Positions 1 to 11,505 of a DNA stretch of 64,000 nucleotides are shown one piece after another. Both the position numbers and the translations under genes were made by a program. The stretch's first letter is position 1. The number at the start of each line of letters is the position of its first letter. Source of the DNA: Candidatus Altimarinota bacterium (GTDB lineage Bacteria; Patescibacteriota; Gracilibacteria; BD1-5; UBA2023); assembly GCA_043770315.1 (NCBI GenBank), contig JAYVIJ010000040.1, positions 2,872-66,871 on the forward strand, read 5' to 3'. The notes under the pieces were generated by a model. It was not told the DNA's origin, made no database searches, and saw only the letters and a program-made list of their open reading frames with translations.

Positions 1-809
1 TCAGGGCTGGGCTGACAGATAGCGAGCACATCGAATACTCATCCATCTTTCTCGACTGCTGCATAAGCATGGAGCACTTCTGTCGTATAGCGATCGATCG
101 TGAACTCTCACTTATCTTTTGGGACATCGAATGGAGACTTCCAGTCGGTGATATAGACCGTATATCATTCTCTATGCAGACTCTCTATCGTCTTGCGAAG
201 GAGTGTCGCGAAGTGTCCACTCATAGGAGCGATGAGAAGCATATTTCGACCATTTGGATTTTCACTTGGTGCTTCGAACTTCACGATATCGGCGAAGTCG
301 AGACTCTCGACCGTCTCATGGGCGAAGTCGAGATTCCAGTCAGGACGATGAAACGTGAAAGTAAATGCGAGGTTTGCTCGTATATAGTTCTCTGACTGCT
401 GGAGGTGAGGAGCAAGGAGAGGAAAGACAAGTTTCAGTCTTTTTATTTGGATGAGCATTGCTTCGAAGAAAAATTTTCGAGTTTTCTGTCACTCAAGAAA
501 CAAATGATACGGGTTTAGTCCATTTTGTAGGCCAAGAAGGGGATTACTGGGTCGGAGATTTTCCTCTGCGCTATAGTCTCGTATTTCTCTCTGGAGAGCA
601 GCCATCGCATCCAGTCACATCTTCTCTTTCGGAAGAAATGGATTCACCCGACTCACGAGATCGACTACTGTAGCACATATCCTGAGTTGTACATCCCAAA
701 ACCCAAGAAGTAGGGATCCGGTATTCTGCGGAAGCTGTGGTAACCCTGGAGCCTGCGGAGATGGAAGTGACGCAGTAGCCATAAGAATGAGGATAAAGAG
801 ATGATACAT
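1..809 (-). CDS. PhaZ-family (intracellular PHB/PHA depolymerase-like) alpha/beta hydrolase; partial, C-terminus runs off the window start
   Basis: The minus-strand frame is free of TAA/TAG from 809 to the window edge, passing through in-frame TGAs (615-617, 489-491, 165-167 and two more). The translation shows blocks I recognise from PhaZ (TIGR01849-type): HRPDWNLD, NMLLIAPMSGHFATLLRKT, YTVYITDWKSPFDVP, FTIDRYT, VLAICQPS. The start is uncertain. ATG 807-809 gives a signal-peptide-like MYHLFILILMATASLPSPQA; ATG 618-620 is the alternative. Confidence 0.75.
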
Positions 810-851
810 TCTTATACTACATAATTATAGAAAAAAGCAAGACGAAGCATG

Positions 852-886
852 CTATAAAACCGCAGAAGGCTTCTGCGGTTTTATAG
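852..886. terminator. Perfect 17-bp-arm palindromic hairpin, likely an intrinsic (bidirectional) terminator after the VIT-VWA gene
   Basis: ctataaaaccgcagaag g cttctgcggttttatag. The arms are exact reverse complements, and the outer stem is A/T-rich, giving U-rich 3' sides in both orientations. It lies 11 nt after the TAA at 897-899. Confidence 0.6.
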
Positions 887-896
887 GGAGGGATTT

Positions 897-3800
897 TTAC
901 TTGAGTTGAGGGGGTTCTTCTTCCTTCACTTCTACTTTCACTTTCGGCTTTCTACGAAGGACGTACCAAGCGATCAGAGGAAAGAGGACGATGACGAGGA
1001 TATACTGGACGATACCGCCACTAGAGATACTTGATGATCCGAGAGAAAGTGCACTACTTGAAGAGGATGACCCAAGCTTGAGTCCATCCGCGTATCCTCA
1101 GTTATTGAAAGTCCCTACAGATTTCGAAGTTCATATACTCATACTTTGAGCACGCATCATACTATCATTATCCATCACTCCTCTTTCGAACATAGGAGCA
1201 GGAGATTCGCTTGCGAAGTTCTCATATTTGGTATCATATTTATCTTCTTGCTCGGAGTAACGCTCGAGATCAGCTCTTTGGCTATCGGTCTCGAGGGCGA
1301 TAAGGCTCGTAGCTTGGGTGACGATATGAGTCTGCATCGCTATAATTGCCAATTCATTCACTTGTACAGTTTTTTCATCAGAAATTTTTACAGCCATTCC
1401 CCCGTTTCCTAGTTCAATCGATGATCCGCTTAAAAAATAGAATCATGAAACTTTTACATCGATATCACCGATGCTAAGCTTACTAGTAGAATATAGATTA
1501 TACAGCTTTCCACTACGATCTGATATAGCAAAGGTATTCCCACTACTCTTTTTATTATCGAGTGTATAAAACCCAGTATCAATATAAGTTGGCCAGATAT
1601 ATTTAGCTTTTACGATAAAGGATCAATCTTCTGCAATCACTTTCTTGCTATCTTGATATCCCTGAAGCGCAGAGAGTGTGCCCGTCGATGTTCCGGTATA
1701 TTTTTCACAAGAAGTCGGAGTATTTTTTTCTTTGAAAATATCTTTAAGAGTAGTACTCAGGGGAGTATCGAGCGAAATTGCGAGGAGTGATCCTTCTGTC
1801 GCGAGGAGTGATTTCGTGACTTCAGTCTTCAGAGTACGGATACCATCACCGATTTGGATGAGGGAGATACGATTCGACTTCAGCTTTTTATAGTCGAGGT
1901 TTTGATTTTCTGGAGAGACACTTTCATAGGAGTCATCATCAGTGAGGATGACGATATTCGCATTTTCGATAGTATTATCAGCGATATAGGCGATGACTTT
2001 TGCCATATCAGTATTTCCCCAGAAGCTTATATCCGAGAGATCATATCCAGCAGAGGTCACCTCGCTATTATAGGTATAGATATCGAGGACGACTCATGTA
2101 TTTTTCCATGCGTCGATGAGTTCCTGATACCGAGCCCGTATAGTTCTATCATTGCCTGCACTTTTCGAGATATCGAGGAAGACGATATTTTTGGTAAGAT
2201 TTTTCGCAGTATTGCTGAGTTTCGAAAGATCGAGGTTTGGATAGGTATTGATATTACAGAAAAGGGGAGCTTCTCTCAGGTTTTTCATCATATCAAGATC
2301 GACGACCTTTCATCGATTCAAGAAGGCGATATCTGATGTTTTTTCTGAGTCTTGTACGTATGCTTTTGGTCATTCGACGAGACGAGTCATGACCTCCGAA
2401 CTTGTTGTAAGCTTGAGATTCAGGATATCCGTTTTTGGCATGAGAGTGAGACTCATACCTGGATGTATGGGAGTGATATAGCGGTACTGGACACGTTGGC
2501 GACCTTGGGTCTTTGGGTCATTTTTCGAAAGTACGGGGAATACTCGGAGACGATAGGTCGTCGGTCCTGTCTGTTCGAGAAGAGCAGGATCCGTATTTCG
2601 ACGAAGAGAATCAGCATATACCTTGGCTGCTGCACCGCGAGGGGCGATCACTCCGACGAGTTCGAGATTGAGTCCGAGGCGGAGGTCTGTCATGACGGCA
2701 TCAGCATCGGGAAGAGCGATGCTGTAGATGACTTCCTGATTTTGTGTATCTGTATTTTGGAATTCATAGGTGACCGTCGTCTCGAGAGCATTGATATCTG
2801 AGAGGATTTGGGACTCGTGTTTTGCAAAATTGAGTTCGACTTTTGCATTTTCTCCACGAGCGAGCATACTCGTTCCATTGGATGTTCGTGAACGATATTT
2901 ATTCACATCGAGTTCATCATCGATGGTGCTTTCTATCGATTCATCATAGATTTTTGCATAGAGGTCTCCATATCCATATCCAGTTTTATTTTTATATTGA
3001 TCCTTGAGTGCCCATTTGAGAAAGGTTATATTTGCAGCTTTTTCGAATCATTTTTTCGTATTCCCTTCTTTTTTGAGGATCGACTGGGCTGCTTGGATGC
3101 GATTTTCTATCATGAGATTCTTCCAGTTCGGAGAAATCCAGATGACGAGAAATATAAAGGCGAGACCGATACCACCTCTGAGAATATTTTTCCATGAGAG
3201 TTCGTCTACTTCTTCGAGAGTCGTCCAAGCATAGGTAAGTATGAGCCATGTGACGATACTATATGGAACGATGATGATCGAGAGGAAAAGGATAAGCTCA
3301 GAGAAATCCATATATCGAAATTCTCGGAAATTTCCCAAGAAGAATAAGACGATGAAAACAGCAAAACCGATAAGAAATGCGATAATGTATTTTTTCGAGA
3401 AATCCAAAAGATACTTTCAGAGACCGGTGTTTATCTTTGGGAATCCAGCAAGAAAGAGGAGATAGGGTGATAGGGCATAGAGTCCGCCGAAGAGGAGTAT
3501 ATACCACTTTGTAAAATCCCGTTCCATCGCATAGAGAGCTACGAGGATGATACCAATAAATATCGGAAGAGCGCTATTGACTATCAGTCCTACTACAGAG
3601 AATTCTCTCTGTATGATACGTTTATAGATACCATAGATATATATCGCTATAAGAGAAATAAGGAGGAAAATCGTTAGAGAAAATATGAAAGCATTTTCTG
3701 TAAGTTGACTCTGGAAGACCCAGTCACTCGTGGAACGGTACGAGTCATAGTAATATCCATAATTTCTTTGGAAGAGGATTTCTTTCAAGACTTTATAGGC

Positions 3801-3911
3801 TCATATAGCCGTCACGAACAGGAATAACATCGAGGAAAAAAAGTCTACTCGATGTTTGAGCTTCTCGCTCGACTCAATCCACTGGAGAAATACTATTAGC
3901 CTCGCGATCAT
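897..3911 (-). CDS. Polytopic membrane protein with extracytoplasmic VIT and von Willebrand factor A domains (ITIH-like) and a C-terminal Ser-rich linker plus TM/basic tail
   Basis: One minus-strand frame joins track ORFs 3417..3788, 3048..3407, 2370..2906, 2094..2291, 1623..2060 and 1131..1397 through TGAs only. I walked every gap; the real stop is TAA 897-899 and an upstream in-frame TAG lies at 3960-3962. The N-terminal ~290 aa is multi-TM. The VIT-like block is VTYEFQN..EVIYSIALPDADAVMTDLRLGLN..VGVIAPRGAAAKVY. The VWA domain has a MIDAS-like IVFLDISKSAG and NIVILTDDD. The tail is ...GSSSISSGG-IVQYILVIVLFPLIAWYVL-RRKPK. The start ATG 3909-3911 is tentative. Confidence 0.85.
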
Positions 3912-3993
3912 AGAAAAAAAGAAAAGAAATAAAAATCACCTATAAGAGATGACTTTATTCTATATCTTTTGTGACAATTTTGCAAAGATCAAG

Positions 3994-5250
3994 CTATTTT
4001 TTCTTAAAGATGATGAAAGGGTGTTCTCAAACTTGTATCTGCGCATTCACGACTATATAGGGCTTTCCCTCTTCTGATATCCACTTCTTATGAGCTGGGC
4101 GGACAGAAAGTTCAAGACCATATTTTTCCCTGAAAAAATCTTGTACATATTTGCGAGTATCACGTGTGAGAGAAGGTGGTAGAATAAAAGGATGATACGA
4201 TATATCTTCATCTTTTCATCTCAGTGAATGAAGAAAACTCTTTGGAACGGCATTTTGCCATTCGGTATCTCTATCTCATAGAGAAAGATCATCGGATCTT
4301 GGACTTTGGCAATCATGAGGACTATAGTATTCTTTGTGGTCTTTATGGAGGATGACGATGACTGCGGCATCTGGAGTCGGGAAGCTCTGTGATTTCTTTA
4401 TCTCTCGGGGTTCGAGAGCCCCGCGCGTTTCATAGAATTTCCCAGATTGGATAGGATACTTGGTCCAGTGTATGTTCTGAGGATTTTTGAGATCGATCGT
4501 TGCGGCAAAGTCCATGAGGGCATTATTGATGGTTCGGACCATATTTTTACTTCAGAATTCAGTTTCTGTACTTTTGGAGTCAAAAGTACCAAAAACTTCG
4601 GGGGTGGCAACGGAGTTTTCCATCATTTGCCCTCGATTCTTTATGTTCACATCATTGCCACCCCCGATCCCCCTTGATCATGAATGCATGATGCATGAAC
4701 AAGAATGGATAAAATCCCGAAAGTCTGCTTCTATTGCTTCCTTTTCTCTCTCTGTCAGTCGATCGAGTCTCGATCCATGAAAGTACCGTGCGAATACCTT
4801 CTCGAGATTGGTATCCCAGGCGAGATATGCTTCTCAGAAGCCAAATGCCATGATAGCAGAAGATGTATATCATCATACCCCTGGGAGTTTCTGAAGGAGT
4901 GATTTTTCTCTCGGGAATTTTCCAGCATAGTCCGTCGAAATTATACTTGCAGTCTTGAGAAGATTGCGAGCACGTGAATAGTATCCCATTCACTGATAGT
5001 ATGGAAAAAATACTTCGTAGGAAGCTCATGCGAGGGCATGTACTGTCGGATACACTTTTAGGATGCGATCGAAGTATCCTCGTACTCGTTCGACTTGTGT
5101 CTGCTGAAGGAATATTTCTGAGAGCCAGATTCGATACGCGAGTATATCTTGTTCGATGGTATAGTCACGCCACTCGAGATCATGTCGACCATTTTCCTTA
5201 TACCACTCTATGAGAGTCATCCAAGGGAATGTGAGAGAAGGTTCTTTCAT
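3994..5250 (-). CDS. mutY: A/G-specific adenine DNA glycosylase MutY (apparently lacking the 4Fe-4S cysteine ligands)
   Basis: One frame runs from 5250 to TAG 3994-3996 through TGAs. Motifs: LSEIFLQQTQV (catalytic Glu context), YQ-G(TGA)-MGYYSRARNL, LPGYGGYTSSAI, AWDTNLEKV (catalytic Asp context) and a C-terminal NUDIX-like domain (AAVIVILHKDHKEYY...). Confidence 0.9.
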
Positions 5251-5390
5251 AACATAAATATAATGAAAACTGATTTTTTCGCAAAGAGATCATCAAAAAA
5301 AGCTCTTAAAAAAGTCCACAAAACACTACATTTTGTGTTGCAAAGACCCCATGAAATACTATAATACAAAACAATATCATTTCTTCTTTT

Positions 5391-8300
5391 ATGAATACTC
5401 TTTCTCGCTTGATTGCGACATTCCTGGCAGTCGTATCTGTAGGAGCACTCGGATACTATGCGTATACACTTTCGAGTCGTACGCTTACGCTTCCATTTTC
5501 TGGATCAGAAAAACAATATGGGGATACACTTATTCTGGCGGTATCACCTCCTTCCTTGCGATTTGGAGACCACTCTGATACTCTTATTGATCCGACTGCG
5601 CTCGAATCTTCACTTATGAAGTGAGGAGTAGTTCTTCAAAAAGAATCTCTTTCGGGAGAGTATAGTGTCGAGTCGAGTAGTGCATTTGTGCGTATTCGAG
5701 ATATATCTCCAGAGAAAAATGATACTCTACCCCTTATCCTGAGCGCAGATCTCTATAATAAAAATACAACAACACCCTATCGTCTTTCTCGAGATATCGC
5801 ACTCTATCCTTCAAATACTCCGAGAGATCTCTCGATCGAGAGAGAAGGTGATCCACGAGATCAAAAATATAATATTTCCCTCTATGGTTTGGAAGATTAT
5901 ACACCAGATCAGATTCGATATTATGTTCACTATGAGTCTTCCTCTGATTGTAGTATCGTTTCGTGGGGAGCACCCAACCCATATCAGCCCTATTATCCTG
6001 CATACAAATGAGTATCGATTGTCTCTGGAGAGACTGCATCATCATCACTTCTTCCTTCATCCCCTTGGATATATAAAGAGATATTTCCAGTCATTTCTAC
6101 TCCGTCATCCAAAGATGGTCAAAAATGGATCAGTCAAATCCGACTTCCTTATGATCTTTCGCAGTCAAGAGTTTGTATTGTTGCCGGTGTCGCAGGGCAG
6201 TATCGAGTCCTTGAAGATCGCTTGAATGAGCTATTTACCCTCACAGGAGGTATGCTTCAAGCACTTTCCCCTGAATATGATATGAAGAGTCAGATAGAAT
6301 TCCGATTCTCACATGATATTTATAGTGATATAGGAACCCTCTATAGTCCTGAGTACATCAGTCATCGGCATGATGCGAAGATCGCTTTCCTTAAGGCACT
6401 GAATATCACACCAACTATCAATATAGCTCCTGAAGATCTCATGCTCACTCCTGAGAGAGCCATACTGACACTCCCTTTAAAAGAAGGAGAGAAATATACA
6501 TTTGCCCTCCAGGAACTCACCGATATTTATGGTCGAAAACAATCTTTTGAGTATAGTACTACTCTTAAAAGTGAGCCATTTCTCTCCCTCAAACTCTCAG
6601 AACATAAGCAAATATATACTCCGAGTGAGACAATTCAAGCAAAACTCTATACACTTCTTCCTCCGAAAAATACGTATTCACTCAAGCTCTGTCGGGTCGA
6701 TCTTGAAGTTTATGCTCGACTTGAGCGTATGCTTGGTGATACTTCTCGTCTCGATCAGATGGTCATACCAGAGCTTCTCTCATCCAAAGAAGTATCAGAT
6801 TGTAAACAGAAAGATATCGTCGTCTCTGCTGGTTGATATGTATCTCCTTTCACGATCAATGACTTTCTTCCCACAGATACGAAAAAAACAGGACTTTATG
6901 TTCTTGGTTTTGCAGAGGGAAAAGATACCGTGAGTTTTAAAAAATTTATCGCACCAATTATATTTTCCATAATCGATACTCATCTTACCCTGAAGGTCGA
7001 TGCGAGCGGAAAGATCATGGTACTTGCGACGGATATAGCTACTGGAAAACCAGTACCTGATCAAGAAATCAAACTTCTGAGAAATATTTCTCGTACCCAT
7101 ACAGAAAAATGGGATCCAAATACAGGAAGAACTGATAAGATCTACCTCCCCCTTACGACAAGCGCATTTGCTACAGGGATTATCATAGGGCGTACAGATA
7201 GCCAATGATATATCGATACAAAAATTGATACCCTTACGGGTATAGATGAATATGATTCAAGTCCTTATGGACTCTCCTTTGATAGTTGGTGGGATTATGA
7301 AGGACGTTATGATAGTTTTCTTGTAGAATCTCGATCATCTGAGAGATTGGGGTACCTCGTAAGTACATGGAATGATGGAATTACAGGATACAACTTCGGG
7401 ATCAAAGATTCTGATTACTCCTGGAGCAGTCGTCCAGACTTTACGACGTATCTTCATACTGATAGGAGACTCTATCTTCCATGAGAAAAGGTATATATCC
7501 ATGCAATTCTTCGAAAAAATAGTGCTTCACTTCTGATTCCTGAAGATGAGATTTTCGATATCACTATATCTGATCCTCTAGGGCGAGAAGTCAAACGTGC
7601 GACACTCAAGCCAAACGAATTCGGATCTATCTCACTTGAATATGAAATCCCGAAAGAGGGAGCATTGGGTTCTTATAGTGTGAATGTCGCTTCCACGAAT
7701 TCTCTCGAGTATATAGAGAATGGATGGTCGAATTTTCAAGTCGAAGTATTTAAAAACCCGACATTCACAGCGACGGTCGATCTTAAGAGTCCTGATCTCG
7801 AAAATGATACAATAAAAGATCTCCGAAAAACTCCGAATACAGATCCATACAATCCTTGGTATACGGATGTCTATAAGGGAAATTTCACTATCGAAGGGAT
7901 CATAAAGGCAAAGTACTATAATGGAGCTGAGATCAAAAATACACCATTTACCTATCGCGTCTACCGAAGTGATTATTATGCAGATGATTATTGGGGAGAC
8001 TGTTTTTGGGGATGTTATTATGAACCACCAGTCGAACAATATACCGAATGAAGTGGTACTATCGACGGTGAGTGATACGGCATTATCCGAATCCCAGTAG
8101 AGTTTTCATCATTTTATAGTGACTATACCTATACAGTCGAAGTCACGTTACGTGATGTTCTTACCGGTGAGGAGGTCACGACACCAGCATCTTTGGTCGT
8201 GAAACTTCCAGAAGCCTATAAGTCATTTTCACCAAATAATCCTCTGAATTTTATTCCAAAGAAGAAAATCCTCGTTCCAGGAGAGGGCCTGACAGGAGAA

Positions 8301-11294
8301 GTAAAGCCAGCTTATGGAAAGTGGGATACGAGTCTGATCGGGAAGTATCGATATGAGATTCTCGAGCGACAATATACTGAAGCACTCATCGATGATATCC
8401 GTGCAGGAAGTATGCGTATTACAACTCCTGTAGATCGTGTCATTGCGAGTGGAAGTATCACAAAAAAAGAGATCTCAGAGAAGCTCGTCGGCATGAAATC
8501 AGGAGAGTATCATCTGAAGATTATTCCTGTGACTCTTTGAGCCGAGAAGCCACCAGAGGAGAGTATCTCTGATACAATCTTCTATATTTCATGAGATTTC
8601 TCTACCCTTAAAGACAATACTCTTCGGGTCGTTCCAGAACATACTATCTATAAATCAGGAGAGAAGGCCCGAGTGATGATCCAAGTACCATTTACAGGAT
8701 CATATATTCTCATCACCAAAGAAAAATGAGGAGTGATCGATCGAGAATATACGTATCTTACCGGAAATACGCTTACTCGAGAATATACTATCGATGATAC
8801 GATGAGGCCAAATGCTTATATCGGTGTCGTGGCACTTCATCCAGGACAACGAGCTGATTCCAAAAATCGTACCTATGCTGTCGGTTACGGTGAAATCGTC
8901 ACAGATATTGCTGATAAAAAGAGTATCTTGACTCTTATACCAGACAAGAGTACATATAAAAATCGGGAAAATGTCAGTGTCGATGTCACTCTCACTGATC
9001 GATCGGGAAATCCTCTGGAATGAGAAGTCACTGTCATGGTCGTCGATGAGAGTTTGATCCGACTGCTCTGAAACATCGACCTCGATATCATACCAAAATT
9101 TTATCAAAAATATCCATTTACTGTCAAAACGGCACTCTCAGCGATCGGCATAGAACGTGATAGATTTCTCTCACGTAAATGATCTAACGGGGGATGAGGA
9201 AATAAATGAGGCGAGTGAGCTCAGATTTCTTCTCGTACTCTTTTCCAAAATACGGCTTACTATAATCCAAGTCTTCGTACAGACTCTCTCGGGAAAGCAA
9301 AAGTGATATTTCCACTTCCAGATAATATCACGGACTATCGTATCATCATGGTGGCCAATACTCGTGATTCGAAATTCGCGGTAGCCGAGAAGACCATAGA
9401 AGTTCGTAAAGACTATGTACTCGAGGTTGCAGCACCGACGATACTGAGATCGGGAGATACATTTACACTTACGGCCTCAGCATTTAATAATACTAAGCGC
9501 ATCACCCCGGTAGATATCATCCTGACTCTCTGATCTGGCGATAAGAAGATCGAGAAAAAATGATCTCTTTCTCTCGATGTTATGGAGAGAAAGGCTCTCG
9601 ATTTCACTCTCGAAGTCCCGTCTTCTTGGAAAGAGAGTATCCCGTATACACTTGAGCTTCGAGAAAAAGATACCATACTTGATAGTATCACACATAGCAT
9701 CACTCTCCCATCACCTCCGATAGTGACACAGAAAGTTCGTTCGATTCAGATATATTCAGGAGCAACATTTACTTATACTCTCCCAAAATCACTTCTCTCA
9801 AATACTGACGCGAGTCTTTCGAGTGTCGAGATTAGCATCTCTTCGACGTATGCGACCCAGATTGCTCAGGGTATTGCCTCACTCCTTCAGTATCCATATG
9901 GTTGTATCGAACAGACGATATCTTCCACACTTCCGAATCGTATCGCCCTTTCTCTCGCAGATACGCTGAAACTCCCTCTTGATATAACTAAAGCTCAAGA
10001 ATATACGAAAAAATGACTCCAGAAAATATTGCGTATGCAGCATTTCAGTGGTGGCTGGGTCTACTGGGAATGAGCCAATGAGCCCAATGCTCACATCACT
10101 CCTTATGTCCTTCGTTCACTTCTCAAGTTCCAAGAGCTCGGGGAAGATATACCACAAGAAGTATTTACCAATGGACTCAATTATATCGTAAACAACCAAG
10201 CGGAGTATGCAAAAGATCAAGATGATCTTGCAGAAGCAGTCTGGACACTCGCACTTCTCAAAGATACTCATGCACTCATGTGGTGGAGTCAGATAGATAC
10301 TGCTCGTCTTTCTCGACATGGCTATGTTTCCTATGCTTATGCGGCTCAGAAACTTGGGAAATATACTCCAGAGATAGAAAAGATGATGCTTTCCTGACTC
10401 ACAAAGGCGGATGAATCTTGGTATTGGAGTCAATATGCTGATACAGCACTTATCGCACAATTATTTATCGATCGACAAGATTCCTCGAAAGCGATTTCAC
10501 TTATTGATCCACTGATACGTGATCTTGATTTGACATCATATTATGTATCCACTCAAGAGAAGATTCAGACACTTCTTGCACTTATTTCTCTCTCAAAAAC
10601 ACAGTCAAAAATCACCTCACCACTTGGTATTGCCCTTCGATCAGAGAAGCTCATTGCTGATCTGCCTCTTACTTCAGAGAATCCGACAAATTCGATTCTC
10701 TCAAGTCGAGAGAAGGTCGGCGTGTCATATACACTCAAGCGTGATAATACGAAGATGCCCCTCTATGTCACGACGATCATATCCGACCGTCCAAAGGACA
10801 TGGTGAATATGAGTCCTTATGCAACATGAGGTGTCAGTATCAGTCGAACCTTTGAACTCATCGAAGAGTCGAAATGAGTCGATGATCGAGGAGAATTTAT
10901 TGTTCGATCTCCTGTCACGACCTTGACGTTCCAAAAATGAAGGCTTTATAAAGTTATACTGAAGGCAGATGTTCCAGTCGGATCAAGTCGTAATCTCTCT
11001 CTTGAAGACTTCTTTCCAGGAGGCTGGAGACCGATAAATGGTATATTTAATACGGAAAAAAGTCTTCTTCAAAATACGAGTTCATCATGGTGGAGTTATG
11101 TTGAGTCACGTGAAGATCGACTCCTTGCACATCGAGACTATGTTTATGGAGATGAGAAATCTCTCGAGTACTCATACTATATACGTCCAGAATCTCTCGG
11201 AGAATACCTCCTCCCTCCAGCTACAGCATATCTCATGTATCGCCCGGAGATTCATGCATATACGAAGTATGAGCGGGTAAAAGTCATAGAGTAA
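5391..11294 (+). CDS. Bacterial alpha-2-macroglobulin family protein (thioester-containing, 1967 aa), N-terminally membrane-anchored
   Basis: Ten track ORFs (5391, 5688, 6222, 6930, 7665, 8193, 8733, 9303, 9582, 10530) share frame 0. I walked all gaps: only TGAs occur until TAA 11292-11294. Motifs: MG-domain DRRLYLP-G(TGA)-EKVYI, thioester YPYGCIEQT (CIEQ at 9903-9914), QHFSGGWVYWEG, and the C-terminal LEDFFPGGW...YYIRPESLGEYLLPPATAYLMYRPE. The N-terminus MNTLSRLIATFLAVVSVGALGYYAY is a TM or signal anchor with no lipobox Cys. Confidence 0.92.
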
Positions 11295-11346
11295 ACCTTT
11301 TTCTCTTAGGTCCATAGTCCATTCGCAAATAAAAATACACTTTTAA

Positions 11347-11505
11347 CTTCTTATTCCACTTGATCTATGAGAAGCACCGTCTCTTAATTCTTCATTCAGC
11401 TCGAAATATTTTCTTACTCCATTCGAATTATGAGAACCGAGTTCTCTTAAAACTGCATTCCGTTCAGAAAAAATACAAGTATTATTTCCTCACTCCATTT
11501 GTTTT
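11347..11505 (+). repeat. Imperfect ~63-76-bp tandem repeat (about 2.5 copies) in the nrdR leader, each full copy carrying a 6-codon mini-ORF and a short hairpin
   Basis: Copy 1 is TTCTTATTCCACTTGATCTATGAGAAGCACCGTCTCTTAA... Copy 2 is TTCTTACTCCATTCGAATTATGAGAACCGAGTTCTCTTAA... The third, partial copy (CTCACTCCATTTGTTTTATGAAATG) carries the real nrdR start. The ATGs are at 11367, 11430 and 11506. The mini-ORFs are MRSTVS* (11367-11387) and MRTEFS* (11430-11450). There is a hairpin gagaac-cga-gttctc in copy 2. Confidence 0.7.

Noticed and set aside
4652-5029. 125-aa standard-code ORF overlapping mutY in another frame.
   Set aside because: The MutY frame continues through TGA with clear family motifs (GLGYY, LPG.G.YT); the alternative frame has no recognisable features.
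7632-10460. Antisense ORFs of 96-135 aa inside the A2M gene (7632..8039, 8700..9107, 9413..9703, 10116..10460). Similar ones lie opposite rplJ/rplL (29449..29820, 30033..30398) and opposite the MFS gene (13119..14102).
   Set aside because: They are shadow ORFs on the strand opposite strongly supported genes. Their translations are low-complexity or odd in composition and I recognise no motifs.
11347-11505. Tandem repeat as a possible CRISPR array.
   Set aside because: There are only about 2.5 imperfect (~75% identical) copies with no repeat/spacer alternation, no cas genes, and the last copy is the nrdR start region.
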